A stretch of 64,000 nucleotides of DNA, taken from an uncultured Gammaproteobacteria bacterium (lineage in GTDB: Bacteria > Patescibacteriota > Microgenomatia > CAYQLK01). Positions 45,684 to 55,011 of the stretch are shown here, one piece after another (within the stretch, counting starts at the first letter, position 1; every line of letters starts with the position of its first letter). Under the pieces are notes generated by a model, which ran no database searches, was not told where the DNA came from, and saw only the letters and a program-made list of their open reading frames with translations. The translations under genes were made by a program, and so were the position numbers. The stretch is from the NCBI GenBank assembly GCA_964404855.1, contig CAYOLO010000001.1, forward strand, positions 94,245 through 158,244, read 5' to 3'.

Positions 45684-46571
45684 ACTATTGCCAAAGATTA
45701 ATTTATGCTCTTTTTCTTGCAACTTCGATTTTGTTTGACTAATTATTGACTGATATTTTTTAAGAATAATAGATTGATAGTCAATTGGATGAAAACGTAT
45801 CTCGTTAGATTTAACTGTTTCGTTGGTGATATGGCTACGCATATATTGGAATTGAAGCCAAAATAATGGTTTTGAGAATAATTTGGCAAAATTATTTGTT
45901 TTTGGGAAAGCTTGGTTTTGTGGTTTGGAAGGAAAAATAAAATTGGGAAAAATATTAGAGCTCCAAATATTGGTGTGAAGAAATTTTTCATATGTCTGTT
46001 CTCTATTGAGAATAGGAATGATTTGCAATATTTCGCGAGCGGTATATATATTTTTGTTTTCGATACGAAGCTTGTTGGTATCCAAAAACATATTAAGACA
46101 GACCGAGTTTTTGACATGCAAATTATTACGATTTACTCTTTTTCTGTGCAAATGAAAAAGACGCAAAACTAGAACCGAAAAAAGTCTACTTATCCAAACA
46201 GAATCAGGAGAACAAACAATAAACAGGTCAATATCAGAATTTTTTTGCGGTTTTCCGGCTGCTAGCGAGCCAGATATGGCGATTAATTTGATGGTTGGAA
46301 TTATTTTAAGTAAGTTGGCGGCTTTTTGGGCAATTTGCAGTTTTTGGTTATAAATTTTTGCGTGACTAGAAAAATCTGCCTTTATTTTGAGACCAAATTG
46401 ATTATTTTTGTAGGTAATTATTTTCTTCTCTTTTAGTTTTTTTAAAGTCTGATTTAGTTTTTGAGGAGTGGTTTTTTGGATAATTAACCATTTGAGCAGT
46501 TCTTTTTCTGAATATGTCGAATTAAATATTTGACTATAACAAAGCGACAAAATAGCAAAACGTTCTAACAT
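45666..46571 (-). CDS. Nucleotidyltransferase-domain protein (Pol-beta superfamily)
   Basis: GSLAAGKPQKNSDIDLFIV is a GS...D.D nucleotidyltransferase motif. Confidence 0.6.
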   Translation of the reverse strand: MLERFAILSLCYSQIFNSTYSEKELLKWLIIQKTTPQKLNQTLKKLKEKKIITYKNNQFGLKIKADFSSHAKIYNQKLQIAQKAANLLKIIPTIKLIAISGSLAAGKPQKNSDIDLFIVCSPDSVWISRLFSVLVLRLFHLHRKRVNRNNLHVKNSVCLNMFLDTNKLRIENKNIYTAREILQIIPILNREQTYEKFLHTNIWSSNIFPNFIFPSKPQNQAFPKTNNFAKLFSKPLFWLQFQYMRSHITNETVKSNEIRFHPIDYQSIILKKYQSIISQTKSKLQEKEHKLIFGNSLDKKN

Positions 46572-46619
46572 AAAAATATTCTAATTGTTTTTGAAAAATT
46601 GAGTGGCTAGAAAAAAGCT

Positions 46620-47978
46620 TTAGTTACCACTGAATTGGTCAGAGACCTGTTTCCAGCCTTTGGCAAGAGTAATAATTGCCTTATCGATTGCGGACCTAGA
46701 AAGATTGGTGGTATTAGCCTCATCAACGACTTGAGCAAGATAATTAATATTGAGGTCGTTAATTCCATTGTCAAAAGTATTGGATGCGATTGGATAAGAT
46801 GTGGCCTTGACCATATCTTGAAGAACCGCACCAACGACCGGATTAGATATTACAGATTGTGCCAAATCAACTCGAGAGTACGGCTCCCCAAAGTCCCTTG
46901 TTTCTGCTTGATATGAATACATCTTTTGCTGACTTTCCGCTGAGGAAATAAATTTAAGAAATTTCCATGCTGCAGCTTGTTTATCCTCTGAAATTGCAGA
47001 ACTTACACCTTCAGACCAATAAGAGGCCCAGGCGACTTTGCGCCTGGTATCGGTAGTGAGCTGTGGAACAGTAGTGGCTCGAAAATTAAGATTCGGATTA
47101 GCGGCTTTTATTTCAAAATATTTCCATGAAGGAGCAAAATAAAATGCCAAACTCCCCTGCGAAAACATAACGGTTGATTTGGGCAATGTTTCGTCCCAAA
47201 TTTTTGATTGACGGAAGCTTGAATAAAAAATTACAGCATCTGTGGCTAAATTCTTACCGTCTGTAGAAATGCTTTTTTCCAAATCATTAAATTTGACTTG
47301 GTTTTGTGCCATAAGCAAACCTAAAATGTCTGAGAAGTGGTCGACATTACCGCTTGCGCCAAGCGCAACACCAGATGTTTTGATTCTAGCCTGATCATCA
47401 ATTACGGTAATTTGATTGGCCATAGTCCTTAGCTCTTCCCACGTTTGTGGTGGGGCAGAAAAACCAGCAGCTTTAAGCAGATCCTCATTGTAAAAAAGCG
47501 TAAGCCCATCAACCTCTAATGGGACACCAACGATACGATTACCAACAGTCAAGTCCTTAGAAGTAATTGGATAAAAAGTCTGCTGAAATTCTTTTGGAGT
47601 GTAAATTGTTTCTGGAACGGAAGCTAATTTTTGATTAAACATCGGCACCCAAGTATTGTGGAATCGAAATAAATCTGGTCCGGCCTCTGTACCAATAGAC
47701 GAAGACAGTCTTTCTCGGTAATTAGTTATGTTTTGCCTTGCGTAGTTAATAGTAATGTTGGGATTAATAGCGGTGAATTCATCAATAAGTGGCTGAATGA
47801 CTTGTTGATCTTCCCAAAGCCCCCAATAAGTGAGAGTAACTGGTCCGTCTTTTGTGTCAGAGCTACCAATAAACGGCAGTTTTGAACAAGCAGACAAAAA
47901 TATTGAAATAAAAAGTAAAAGGGACAGTTTTTTTATAGGCAGCATAAATAATCGATTAGTTAGCTTTAATGTTAGCAT
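46620..47978 (-). CDS. ABC transporter extracellular solute-binding protein (family 1, sugar-type); orphan
   Basis: 452 aa with a signal peptide or lipobox region. The SBP_bac_1-like layout begins LTYWGLWED. No permease or ATPase gene is adjacent. Confidence 0.75.
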   Translation of the reverse strand: MLTLKLTNRLFMLPIKKLSLLLFISIFLSACSKLPFIGSSDTKDGPVTLTYWGLWEDQQVIQPLIDEFTAINPNITINYARQNITNYRERLSSSIGTEAGPDLFRFHNTWVPMFNQKLASVPETIYTPKEFQQTFYPITSKDLTVGNRIVGVPLEVDGLTLFYNEDLLKAAGFSAPPQTWEELRTMANQITVIDDQARIKTSGVALGASGNVDHFSDILGLLMAQNQVKFNDLEKSISTDGKNLATDAVIFYSSFRQSKIWDETLPKSTVMFSQGSLAFYFAPSWKYFEIKAANPNLNFRATTVPQLTTDTRRKVAWASYWSEGVSSAISEDKQAAAWKFLKFISSAESQQKMYSYQAETRDFGEPYSRVDLAQSVISNPVVGAVLQDMVKATSYPIASNTFDNGINDLNINYLAQVVDEANTTNLSRSAIDKAIITLAKGWKQVSDQFSGN

Positions 47979-48056
47979 AATTTTCCTTAAATATGATGCA
48001 AAATTTGTGTAGTTGTTTTAGGCTACAATTATAGTTACTTGTTATGAACTGTTAAG

Positions 48057-49832
48057 GTGAAAAAAACGAAAGAAAAATCAAAAAAACCCTCCAATACTAA
48101 TCATTGGAAATTGTACTTTCTTGTGGTTTTTGTGGTGCTATTTTTATTTTTACCGATAATTGGCTACTGGTGGTATTTTTCTGACAAGGTTTATTTTGGC
48201 ATTACTTTTTTGGGTGAAAACTTAGGAGGTAAAACTTTTACTGAAGCTAAAATGATAGTCGATCAAAAATCGATTACAACGGTTAGTGAGAAAATTGAGA
48301 TTGTTTCTGACAAAAAATATAATTTGGCCTTAGCCGAAACTGGACTAACAATTGATACAAAGGCATCTACAGAAGCTGTAACGAGTGTTTTTCGAACGCG
48401 AAATATTTTGGCAAATATTACAGGGATGCTATCTGTGTTAAGAGATGAGGTTGAAGTTTTGCCGATAGTTGTCTGGAAAGATGATAATTTTAACCAGATT
48501 ATCAAAACAATTAATAATGAGAGTAGTTTTACTAAGGCCAAGTCGGCAGAATACCAAATTAATAGCGGAGAGGTAAATATTATTCCCAGTGTGAGTGGAT
48601 ATGTGATTGATGAAGATTTATTGAAGAACGAATTAGTCAACACAATTAAAGATAAAGAGTCGATAAAAGTTCCTCTTACTTTGGTTGAACCAGCTTACCG
48701 AACTATAAATGCCGAAGAATCTCTCGAGAAAGCAAAAGCTTTGGTCAATGTAGATATTTTATTAAAATATGACCTTACTACTTATAAGATTGATGGTGAA
48801 GATTTTGTGACTTGGGTAGTAATTTATAAAAATTCGGACAGTTATAAAATTGAACTAAACGGGGATAAATACTTAACTTTTTTTGAAAAAATAAGTAAAG
48901 GTATTGATCGCGAGGTTAAAAATCCGGTATTAAAAATTGAGGGAGATAGAGTTACGGAATTTGTCCCCCCAATGGATGGAAGAAAATTAGATAGCGTTGA
49001 AACCTTGGCCAAAATTACTCAGTCTATAAACAATTTAAAAAAGGATGAAAAATCAGTAAGCCTAGACTTGGTTGTAAGAGTGACGAAACCTGAAGATTTT
49101 GAAAATAATCAATATGGAATTAGAGAATTTTTGGCACGCGGAGTGTCGGATTTTAGTGGTTCATCATCAGGAAGAATCCATAATATTAAATTAGCCTCAT
49201 CGAGAATTAATGGATCTCTTGTGGCTCCTGGCGAAGAATTTTCTTTTAATAAAAGACTCGGTGATATTTCTCAAGCGACCGGATATCAAAGCGCTTATGT
49301 GATTGAGAACGGAAAGACGGTGCTTGGCGACGGGGGAGGAGTATGCCAAGTATCAACAACGGCTTTTAGAGCAGCACTAAATGCTGGACTAGAGATTACA
49401 GCCAGATCGCCTCATGCGTACAGAGTCAGTTACTACGAAAAACTAGGTTTTAAGCCCGGACTGGACGCAGCGATTTATTATCCAAATTTGGATTTTCGCT
49501 TTAAAAACAACACTCCAAAACATATTCTAATTAGCGCTTATGTGGTGGGTACGAGATTAACTTTTGATATTTATGGAACATCGGATGAGAGACAAGTTAC
49601 TATTTCTGAACCAGTTGTAACCAATATAAAACCAGCTCCCGAGCCAAGATATCAAGATGACCCTTCCTTACCACGAGGAACAACAAAACAGGTTGATTTT
49701 GCCGCAAGTGGGGCTACAAGTAAGTTTAATCAAACAGTCGTAAGAGATGGTGAAACTATTATTAATAAACAGTTTACGTCTGTATTCCGACCTTGGCAGG
49801 CGGTATTTTTAGTTGGCACTAAAGATAATTAA
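48057..49832 (+). CDS. VanW-family protein
   Basis: 591 aa. N-terminal TM helix and a C-terminal VanW domain (GGGVCQVSTTAFRAA). Confidence 0.8.
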   Translation: MKKTKEKSKKPSNTNHWKLYFLVVFVVLFLFLPIIGYWWYFSDKVYFGITFLGENLGGKTFTEAKMIVDQKSITTVSEKIEIVSDKKYNLALAETGLTIDTKASTEAVTSVFRTRNILANITGMLSVLRDEVEVLPIVVWKDDNFNQIIKTINNESSFTKAKSAEYQINSGEVNIIPSVSGYVIDEDLLKNELVNTIKDKESIKVPLTLVEPAYRTINAEESLEKAKALVNVDILLKYDLTTYKIDGEDFVTWVVIYKNSDSYKIELNGDKYLTFFEKISKGIDREVKNPVLKIEGDRVTEFVPPMDGRKLDSVETLAKITQSINNLKKDEKSVSLDLVVRVTKPEDFENNQYGIREFLARGVSDFSGSSSGRIHNIKLASSRINGSLVAPGEEFSFNKRLGDISQATGYQSAYVIENGKTVLGDGGGVCQVSTTAFRAALNAGLEITARSPHAYRVSYYEKLGFKPGLDAAIYYPNLDFRFKNNTPKHILISAYVVGTRLTFDIYGTSDERQVTISEPVVTNIKPAPEPRYQDDPSLPRGTTKQVDFAASGATSKFNQTVVRDGETIINKQFTSVFRPWQAVFLVGTKDN

Positions 49833-49883
49833 TTACTAAGTTTTAAATACTTTTTTGACTGTTAGGATTATAATTCTAGGCAA

Positions 49884-50435
49884 ATGAAAAAAGATTTAAG
49901 TATATTGTTTGGACTATTTGCGATTGTTGCAGCGGTGATTATTTATCAAGGAGCGTCAGGTGGAGCCTTTTTGCCTAACTCAAAAATAACAACATCAGAC
50001 GAAGCAAATGTGACACCTGTTAATAATCAAACTAAAATTACAACTAATACAAATAGTAATTTGCAGTCGACTCAAGTAAAAATTCTGAGGTTAAAAGTGA
50101 ATGCTGAGGTGGCGAGTGATGCTAATAGTCGAGCAATAGGACTAGGAGGAAGAGAAAGCTTGGTAAAAGACGCAGGAATGCTTTTTGTGTTTGATTCTGA
50201 GGCTAAACATAGTTTTTGGATGAAGAATGTTAAGTTCCCGTTAGATATTATTTGGCTGGATAAAAACAAAAAGGTTGTTCATTTTGTAAAAAATGCTCAG
50301 CCAGACACTGGTAGCGCATTGGAGATATATACCCCACCAAAAAAAGCTTATTATGTTTTGGAAGTAAATGGCGGAATGATTGACGAGTTTGGACTGGCTC
50401 TTGGCAATAAAGCGACTTTTGAGATTAAAAAATAG
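49884..50435 (+). CDS. DUF192 (COG1430) family protein
   Basis: 183 aa. Signal-peptide/TM segment, then RAIGLGGRESL...GMLFVF...MKNVKFPLDIIWLD, typical of DUF192. Confidence 0.7.
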   Translation: MKKDLSILFGLFAIVAAVIIYQGASGGAFLPNSKITTSDEANVTPVNNQTKITTNTNSNLQSTQVKILRLKVNAEVASDANSRAIGLGGRESLVKDAGMLFVFDSEAKHSFWMKNVKFPLDIIWLDKNKKVVHFVKNAQPDTGSALEIYTPPKKAYYVLEVNGGMIDEFGLALGNKATFEIKK

Positions 50436-50481
50436 TTTTTAAGACTTGGAAAGTTAACCTTAAGCTGATACCTTACATACA

Positions 50482-51468
50482 ATGAAAATCCTAGGCATAG
50501 AAACTAGTTGCGATGAAACAAGTGCTGCTGTTGTAGAGAATGGAGTAAAAGTATTGTCACTCACAACACTGTCATCATTAAAAAAGCAAATTAAATGGGG
50601 TGGGATTGTTCCAGAAGTTGCAGCCAGAGAACAAGTTGAAGCAATTATTCCGGTTATTGAACTTAGTTTGAGTCAAGCAAATCTCAAAATTGAAGACATT
50701 GATGGAATTGCAGTTACTAATGGTCCAGGACTATTGGGGTCATTGTTGGTCGGCGTTGAGTCAGCCAAGACCATTGCGATGGTAAATAATTTGCCTATTA
50801 TGGGTGTCGATCATATGAAAGGCCACACATATGCATCTTTTTTGGAAACCGAAAGACCTCCAGTCTTCCCTTTTGTGGCACTACTGGTTTCTGGGGGGCA
50901 CACTCAAATTGTGAGCTGCAGAAAACATGACGACATAAAAATTATTGGCGAGACAAGAGATGATTCTATTGGTGAAGCATTTGATAAGGTTGCAAGACTA
51001 ATTGGATTACCCTACCCAGGCGGGCCAGAAATATCAAAACTAGCTAAAACAGTCACAAAAACTAACTTAAAACTTTCAAGACCAATGTTAAATAGTGGTG
51101 ATTTTGACTTTTCTTTTTCAGGAATAAAAACCGAGGTGGCGCGCATTGTTGAGGAAGGAAACTTTTCAAAAGCTGAAATTGCGTATGAATTTGAAGAGGC
51201 TGTAACTGATGTTGTCGTAAAAAAACTAAAAAAAGCGAGCGATAAATATAAAATTTCAAATATTGTGACTGGCGGTGGCGTGGCTGCCAATGAAAAACTA
51301 AGAGAAAAAGTCAAAAGTGTTTTTTCAAATGTTTATGAGACTGAACCAAAATATTGTACCGATAACGGGGCGATGATTGCTGCTTATGCCTATTTTAATT
51401 GGAAACCTGTTAACTACCTAGATATCAAGGCTGATCCAAGCCTTAATTTGGAATATGAGAATGTATAG
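50482..51468 (+). CDS. tsaD: tRNA N6-adenosine threonylcarbamoyltransferase TsaD
   Basis: MKILGIETSCDETSAAVV, the HMxGH metal-binding motif (DHMKGH) and GGVAAN. Confidence 0.9.
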   Translation: MKILGIETSCDETSAAVVENGVKVLSLTTLSSLKKQIKWGGIVPEVAAREQVEAIIPVIELSLSQANLKIEDIDGIAVTNGPGLLGSLLVGVESAKTIAMVNNLPIMGVDHMKGHTYASFLETERPPVFPFVALLVSGGHTQIVSCRKHDDIKIIGETRDDSIGEAFDKVARLIGLPYPGGPEISKLAKTVTKTNLKLSRPMLNSGDFDFSFSGIKTEVARIVEEGNFSKAEIAYEFEEAVTDVVVKKLKKASDKYKISNIVTGGGVAANEKLREKVKSVFSNVYETEPKYCTDNGAMIAAYAYFNWKPVNYLDIKADPSLNLEYENV

Positions 51469-51544
51469 AGTTTTTATGCTATTTAAAGCAAATTAATGTA
51501 AAATTCGGAATAAATTATAAATGGTTTAAGGATGAATTTTAAAA

Positions 51545-53692
51545 ATGGAAAAAATCTACGAACATAAGGAAATTGAATCAAAAATATATAAAGATTGGGA
51601 AGAGTCTGGATATTTTAAGCCCGAGACAAATAAAGGTGAGCCTTTTACGATTATCATGCCACCGCCTAATGCCAATGGTTTTATTCATATTGGCCATGCT
51701 CGCGGTAATGTAATTCAAGATATTATGGTGCGCTTTGAAAGAATGCGTGGTAAACGAGCTTTTATATTGCCTGGAGCTGACCATGCAGGAATTCAAACTC
51801 AAGTTGTTTATGAAAGAGAACTAGCTAAAAAAGATTTAAGTAGACACAAGCTGGGCAGAGAGGAATTTTTTAAACAGGTATATGAATTTAGTATCAATAA
51901 TCGTGACAACATGGAAAACCAGATTAGACACTTGGGTATTAGTTGTGACTGGAGCCGTAAAAAGTTTACCTTGGAGCCCGATGTAACAAAAACAGTTTAT
52001 GAGACATTCGTTGAGATGTATGAAGATGGCCTTATTTACCGGGGAGAAAGATTAATTAATTGGTGTTTTAGGTGCGCAACCGCATTGTCGGATTTGGAGG
52101 TTGAACACGAGGAAAAAGTAGACAATCTTTATTACATTAAGTACGAAGTGGTTGACCCTAAAGAAGATGAGCCAAAATATCTAATAGTGGCAACTGTTAG
52201 ACCCGAACCAATAATGATTGATACACATCTGGCGGTAAATCCAAAGGATAAACTGAGGAAAAAATGGATTGGACGAAAAGTTAAAAATCCCATTACGGGC
52301 ATGGAAATGGAAATAATTGGAGATAGCTTTGTTGACTTAAAATTTGGTACAGGAATTGTAAAACTAACACCTGGGCACGACAAAAATGACTATGAGGTCG
52401 CTCAGAAAAATAATTTACCGATTGTAAGCGCTATTGGTCAGGACGGAAAAATGAATAAAAATGCCGGCAAATACGCAGGCATGAAACTTTTGGAGGCAAG
52501 AAGCGAAATGGTAACCGACCTAGTTAGGCTTGGTTTGATTGAAAAAATTGATGAAAAATATACTCACAGTGTTGGTGTTTGTGAACGATGTAAATCAGTA
52601 GTGGAACAATTAATTTCCACGCAGTGGTTCGTGGCGGTCAATAAAAAAGGCGAAAAGTCTGGCAAGGTATTTGCAAAAGATGCTTTAGAAGCGGTTAATA
52701 AGGGTGAAATTAAGTTCATTCAAGCTAGGCAAGAAAAAATATTTAAACACTGGATGAATAATATTCATGACTGGTGTATTAGCAGACAAATATGGTGGGG
52801 CCACCAAATACCAGTATGGTATTGCCAAAAATGTAAAAATGATTCCCCTATCGTTTCTGCAAGTGCGCCTGAAGTGTGCCCAGTCTGCCACGGAAAAGAC
52901 TTAATACAAGACTCAGACACACTTGATACTTGGTTCTCTTCTGGCCAATGGCCTTACTCTACTTTGGGTTTCCCAAAATCTAGTGATTATAACCAGTTTT
53001 ATCCAACTGCTGTTATGGAAACGGCGTACGATATTATCTTCTTTTGGGTGGCAAGAATGATTATGTTTGGTGTCTACAGAACAAACAAAGCACCTTTTAA
53101 AGAAGTTTATTTTCATGGAATAGTAAGAGACGATAAGGGACAAAAAATGAGTAAATCAAAAGGTAATGTGATTAGTCCAATTGATGTCGCTGAACTGTAT
53201 GGAGCCGACGCGGTGCGACTATCATTAATCTATGGATCTAATGCTGATAATGATCTAAACCTAGGTATGGATAAAATCAGAGGCATGAGGAACTTTACAA
53301 ACAAAATATGGAACGCTTCAAGGTTCGTATTAGATTTTTACGAAGGCAGTAATCATTCAAACGGCAAGGTGCCTAAAAAAGAAGAATTTAATCAGGAAAT
53401 TTTAGACAAACTAGACGAGCTAGTTATGAGTACGACAAATAATTACGAAAAACGTAATTTTACAGCTGCAATAAACGATTTGTATGAGTTTTTTTGGCAC
53501 TATTTCTGCGATAAATACCTAGAATTAGCAAAACCTGAACGAGAAAAATTTCAACCAACTCTGGAGTATGTTTTAGGTGCTCAGCTAAAATTATTACACC
53601 CAATTACTCCTTTTATAACGGAAGAAATTTGGAGTAAACTCCCCTACTCTTCAACTAAAATTATTATTACACCATGGCAAAACGAAAAATAA
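51545..53692 (+). CDS. valS: Valyl-tRNA synthetase (compact, lacking the C-terminal coiled coil)
   Basis: 715 aa. PPPNANGFIHIGHA is a HIGH motif. KMSKSKGN is present. An editing-domain insert and WCFRCATALSDLEVE are typical of ValRS. Confidence 0.75.
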   Translation: MEKIYEHKEIESKIYKDWEESGYFKPETNKGEPFTIIMPPPNANGFIHIGHARGNVIQDIMVRFERMRGKRAFILPGADHAGIQTQVVYERELAKKDLSRHKLGREEFFKQVYEFSINNRDNMENQIRHLGISCDWSRKKFTLEPDVTKTVYETFVEMYEDGLIYRGERLINWCFRCATALSDLEVEHEEKVDNLYYIKYEVVDPKEDEPKYLIVATVRPEPIMIDTHLAVNPKDKLRKKWIGRKVKNPITGMEMEIIGDSFVDLKFGTGIVKLTPGHDKNDYEVAQKNNLPIVSAIGQDGKMNKNAGKYAGMKLLEARSEMVTDLVRLGLIEKIDEKYTHSVGVCERCKSVVEQLISTQWFVAVNKKGEKSGKVFAKDALEAVNKGEIKFIQARQEKIFKHWMNNIHDWCISRQIWWGHQIPVWYCQKCKNDSPIVSASAPEVCPVCHGKDLIQDSDTLDTWFSSGQWPYSTLGFPKSSDYNQFYPTAVMETAYDIIFFWVARMIMFGVYRTNKAPFKEVYFHGIVRDDKGQKMSKSKGNVISPIDVAELYGADAVRLSLIYGSNADNDLNLGMDKIRGMRNFTNKIWNASRFVLDFYEGSNHSNGKVPKKEEFNQEILDKLDELVMSTTNNYEKRNFTAAINDLYEFFWHYFCDKYLELAKPEREKFQPTLEYVLGAQLKLLHPITPFITEEIWSKLPYSSTKIIITPWQNEK

Positions 53693-54222
53693 AAAAATCC
53701 CCGCATTATTTACCTCATATTCCCCGCATTTATTCCCGCATAATTATTCTGCTTATTTTTTTGTTTTTAGCTTCGCTTTTGATTGAAAAAGGCAAAACCT
53801 ACAGTTCAGTTAGTAATGAAAATATTGCAGATATTTATGAAAAAATTAAAGAAAGACCTAATTCTGAAATATTACACTATAAGCTAGCAAAAGCACTTCA
53901 AAAGAATGGTAACTTTGAGGAATCAGTTCGTGAATTTTTAATCGCGAAAGAGTTAGGCGTACCCACAAGTTTGATTAACGACGCCTTGATTCAAATTCAA
54001 GATTCAAAAGTTTCGTACGTGAAAATTACAAGCGATTTGGAGAGATGGAAAAAAATTGTGGAGGATAAACCAGACTATCGGGATGGCTGGTATCAAATTG
54101 CACTACTTCAATGGAGACTTTCAGATAGTATTGCTGCAAAAAATTCACTAATAAAAGCACTTGAACTTGACCCAAATTATAAACCAGCTAAGGATTTTTA
54201 CAGCTTTTTGGCTAGTTCTTAA
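53674..54222 (+). CDS. Membrane-anchored TPR-repeat protein
   Basis: 182 aa. One TM helix followed by TPR-like helices. Overlaps the end of valS by 19 nt. Confidence 0.55.
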   Translation: MAKRKIKKSPHYLPHIPRIYSRIIILLIFLFLASLLIEKGKTYSSVSNENIADIYEKIKERPNSEILHYKLAKALQKNGNFEESVREFLIAKELGVPTSLINDALIQIQDSKVSYVKITSDLERWKKIVEDKPDYRDGWYQIALLQWRLSDSIAAKNSLIKALELDPNYKPAKDFYSFLASS

Positions 54223-54232
54223 AATAAAGAAC

Positions 54233-54919
54233 TTAGTTTTCTTGTGAGGAGTCTGAGCCTTCTTCTGTGGCTGGTGCCTCTTCTTCTGCCTGTGCACCCT
54301 CCTGAGACTCATTAGCTGCTTCAGATTCGGCTTCGGCTTCGGCTTCCGCGGCTTCCATTTCTTTGGTCACAAACTCACCAATTGAAGCAACAACAAGCTC
54401 TGCATCAGATAATATCTCAATCTTGTCAGAGAGTTTAATGTCACCAATTGTGATGGTATCCCCTACTGCTTTTAGATTTTCTATATTAACTTCGATTTTT
54501 TCTGGAAGGTCAGCTGGAAGGGCTTCGACTTCTACCTCTGAAACAGGGGTTAGAAGAAGTCCGACTTTTGTTTCAACAGCTTCTGATTCGCCGATTATTT
54601 CAACAGGTACTTGAACTTTAACTTTTTCAGAAAGATTAACCTTGTAAAAATCAACATGAAGAATCTTTAAGGTAACTGGGTCAAGATGCAGACCTTTGAC
54701 TAATACAGGATATTCCTTACTGCCAACTTTTAAGGAAATAACCGAGGTTTCACCAGCTTTGTGAAATATAGATTTAAATTCTTTTTCGTCAACTGAAATA
54801 TTCTCTGATTTGATTTCGTGTCCAAAGACGTGCGCAGGCACAATGCCTTTTGCTCTAAGGGTTTTAACCTTACGGCCAGTTATTTCTCTAGCTTGTGACT
54901 CAAGTGTTATTTTGTCCAT
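54233..54919 (-). CDS. rplY: 50S ribosomal protein L25 / general stress protein Ctc with an acidic C-terminal tail
   Basis: 228 aa. RKVKTLRAKGIVPAHVFGH is the bL25 N-terminus, and the tail is Glu/Ala-rich. Confidence 0.85.
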   Translation of the reverse strand: MDKITLESQAREITGRKVKTLRAKGIVPAHVFGHEIKSENISVDEKEFKSIFHKAGETSVISLKVGSKEYPVLVKGLHLDPVTLKILHVDFYKVNLSEKVKVQVPVEIIGESEAVETKVGLLLTPVSEVEVEALPADLPEKIEVNIENLKAVGDTITIGDIKLSDKIEILSDAELVVASIGEFVTKEMEAAEAEAEAESEAANESQEGAQAEEEAPATEEGSDSSQEN

Positions 54920-55011
54920 AGTAATTAATTATAATCGTAATTTACTCTAATGAATAAATTATAATCGACGCAGAAGTATAATGTTAAAGAAGTTTTATTG
55001 TCAAGATAATT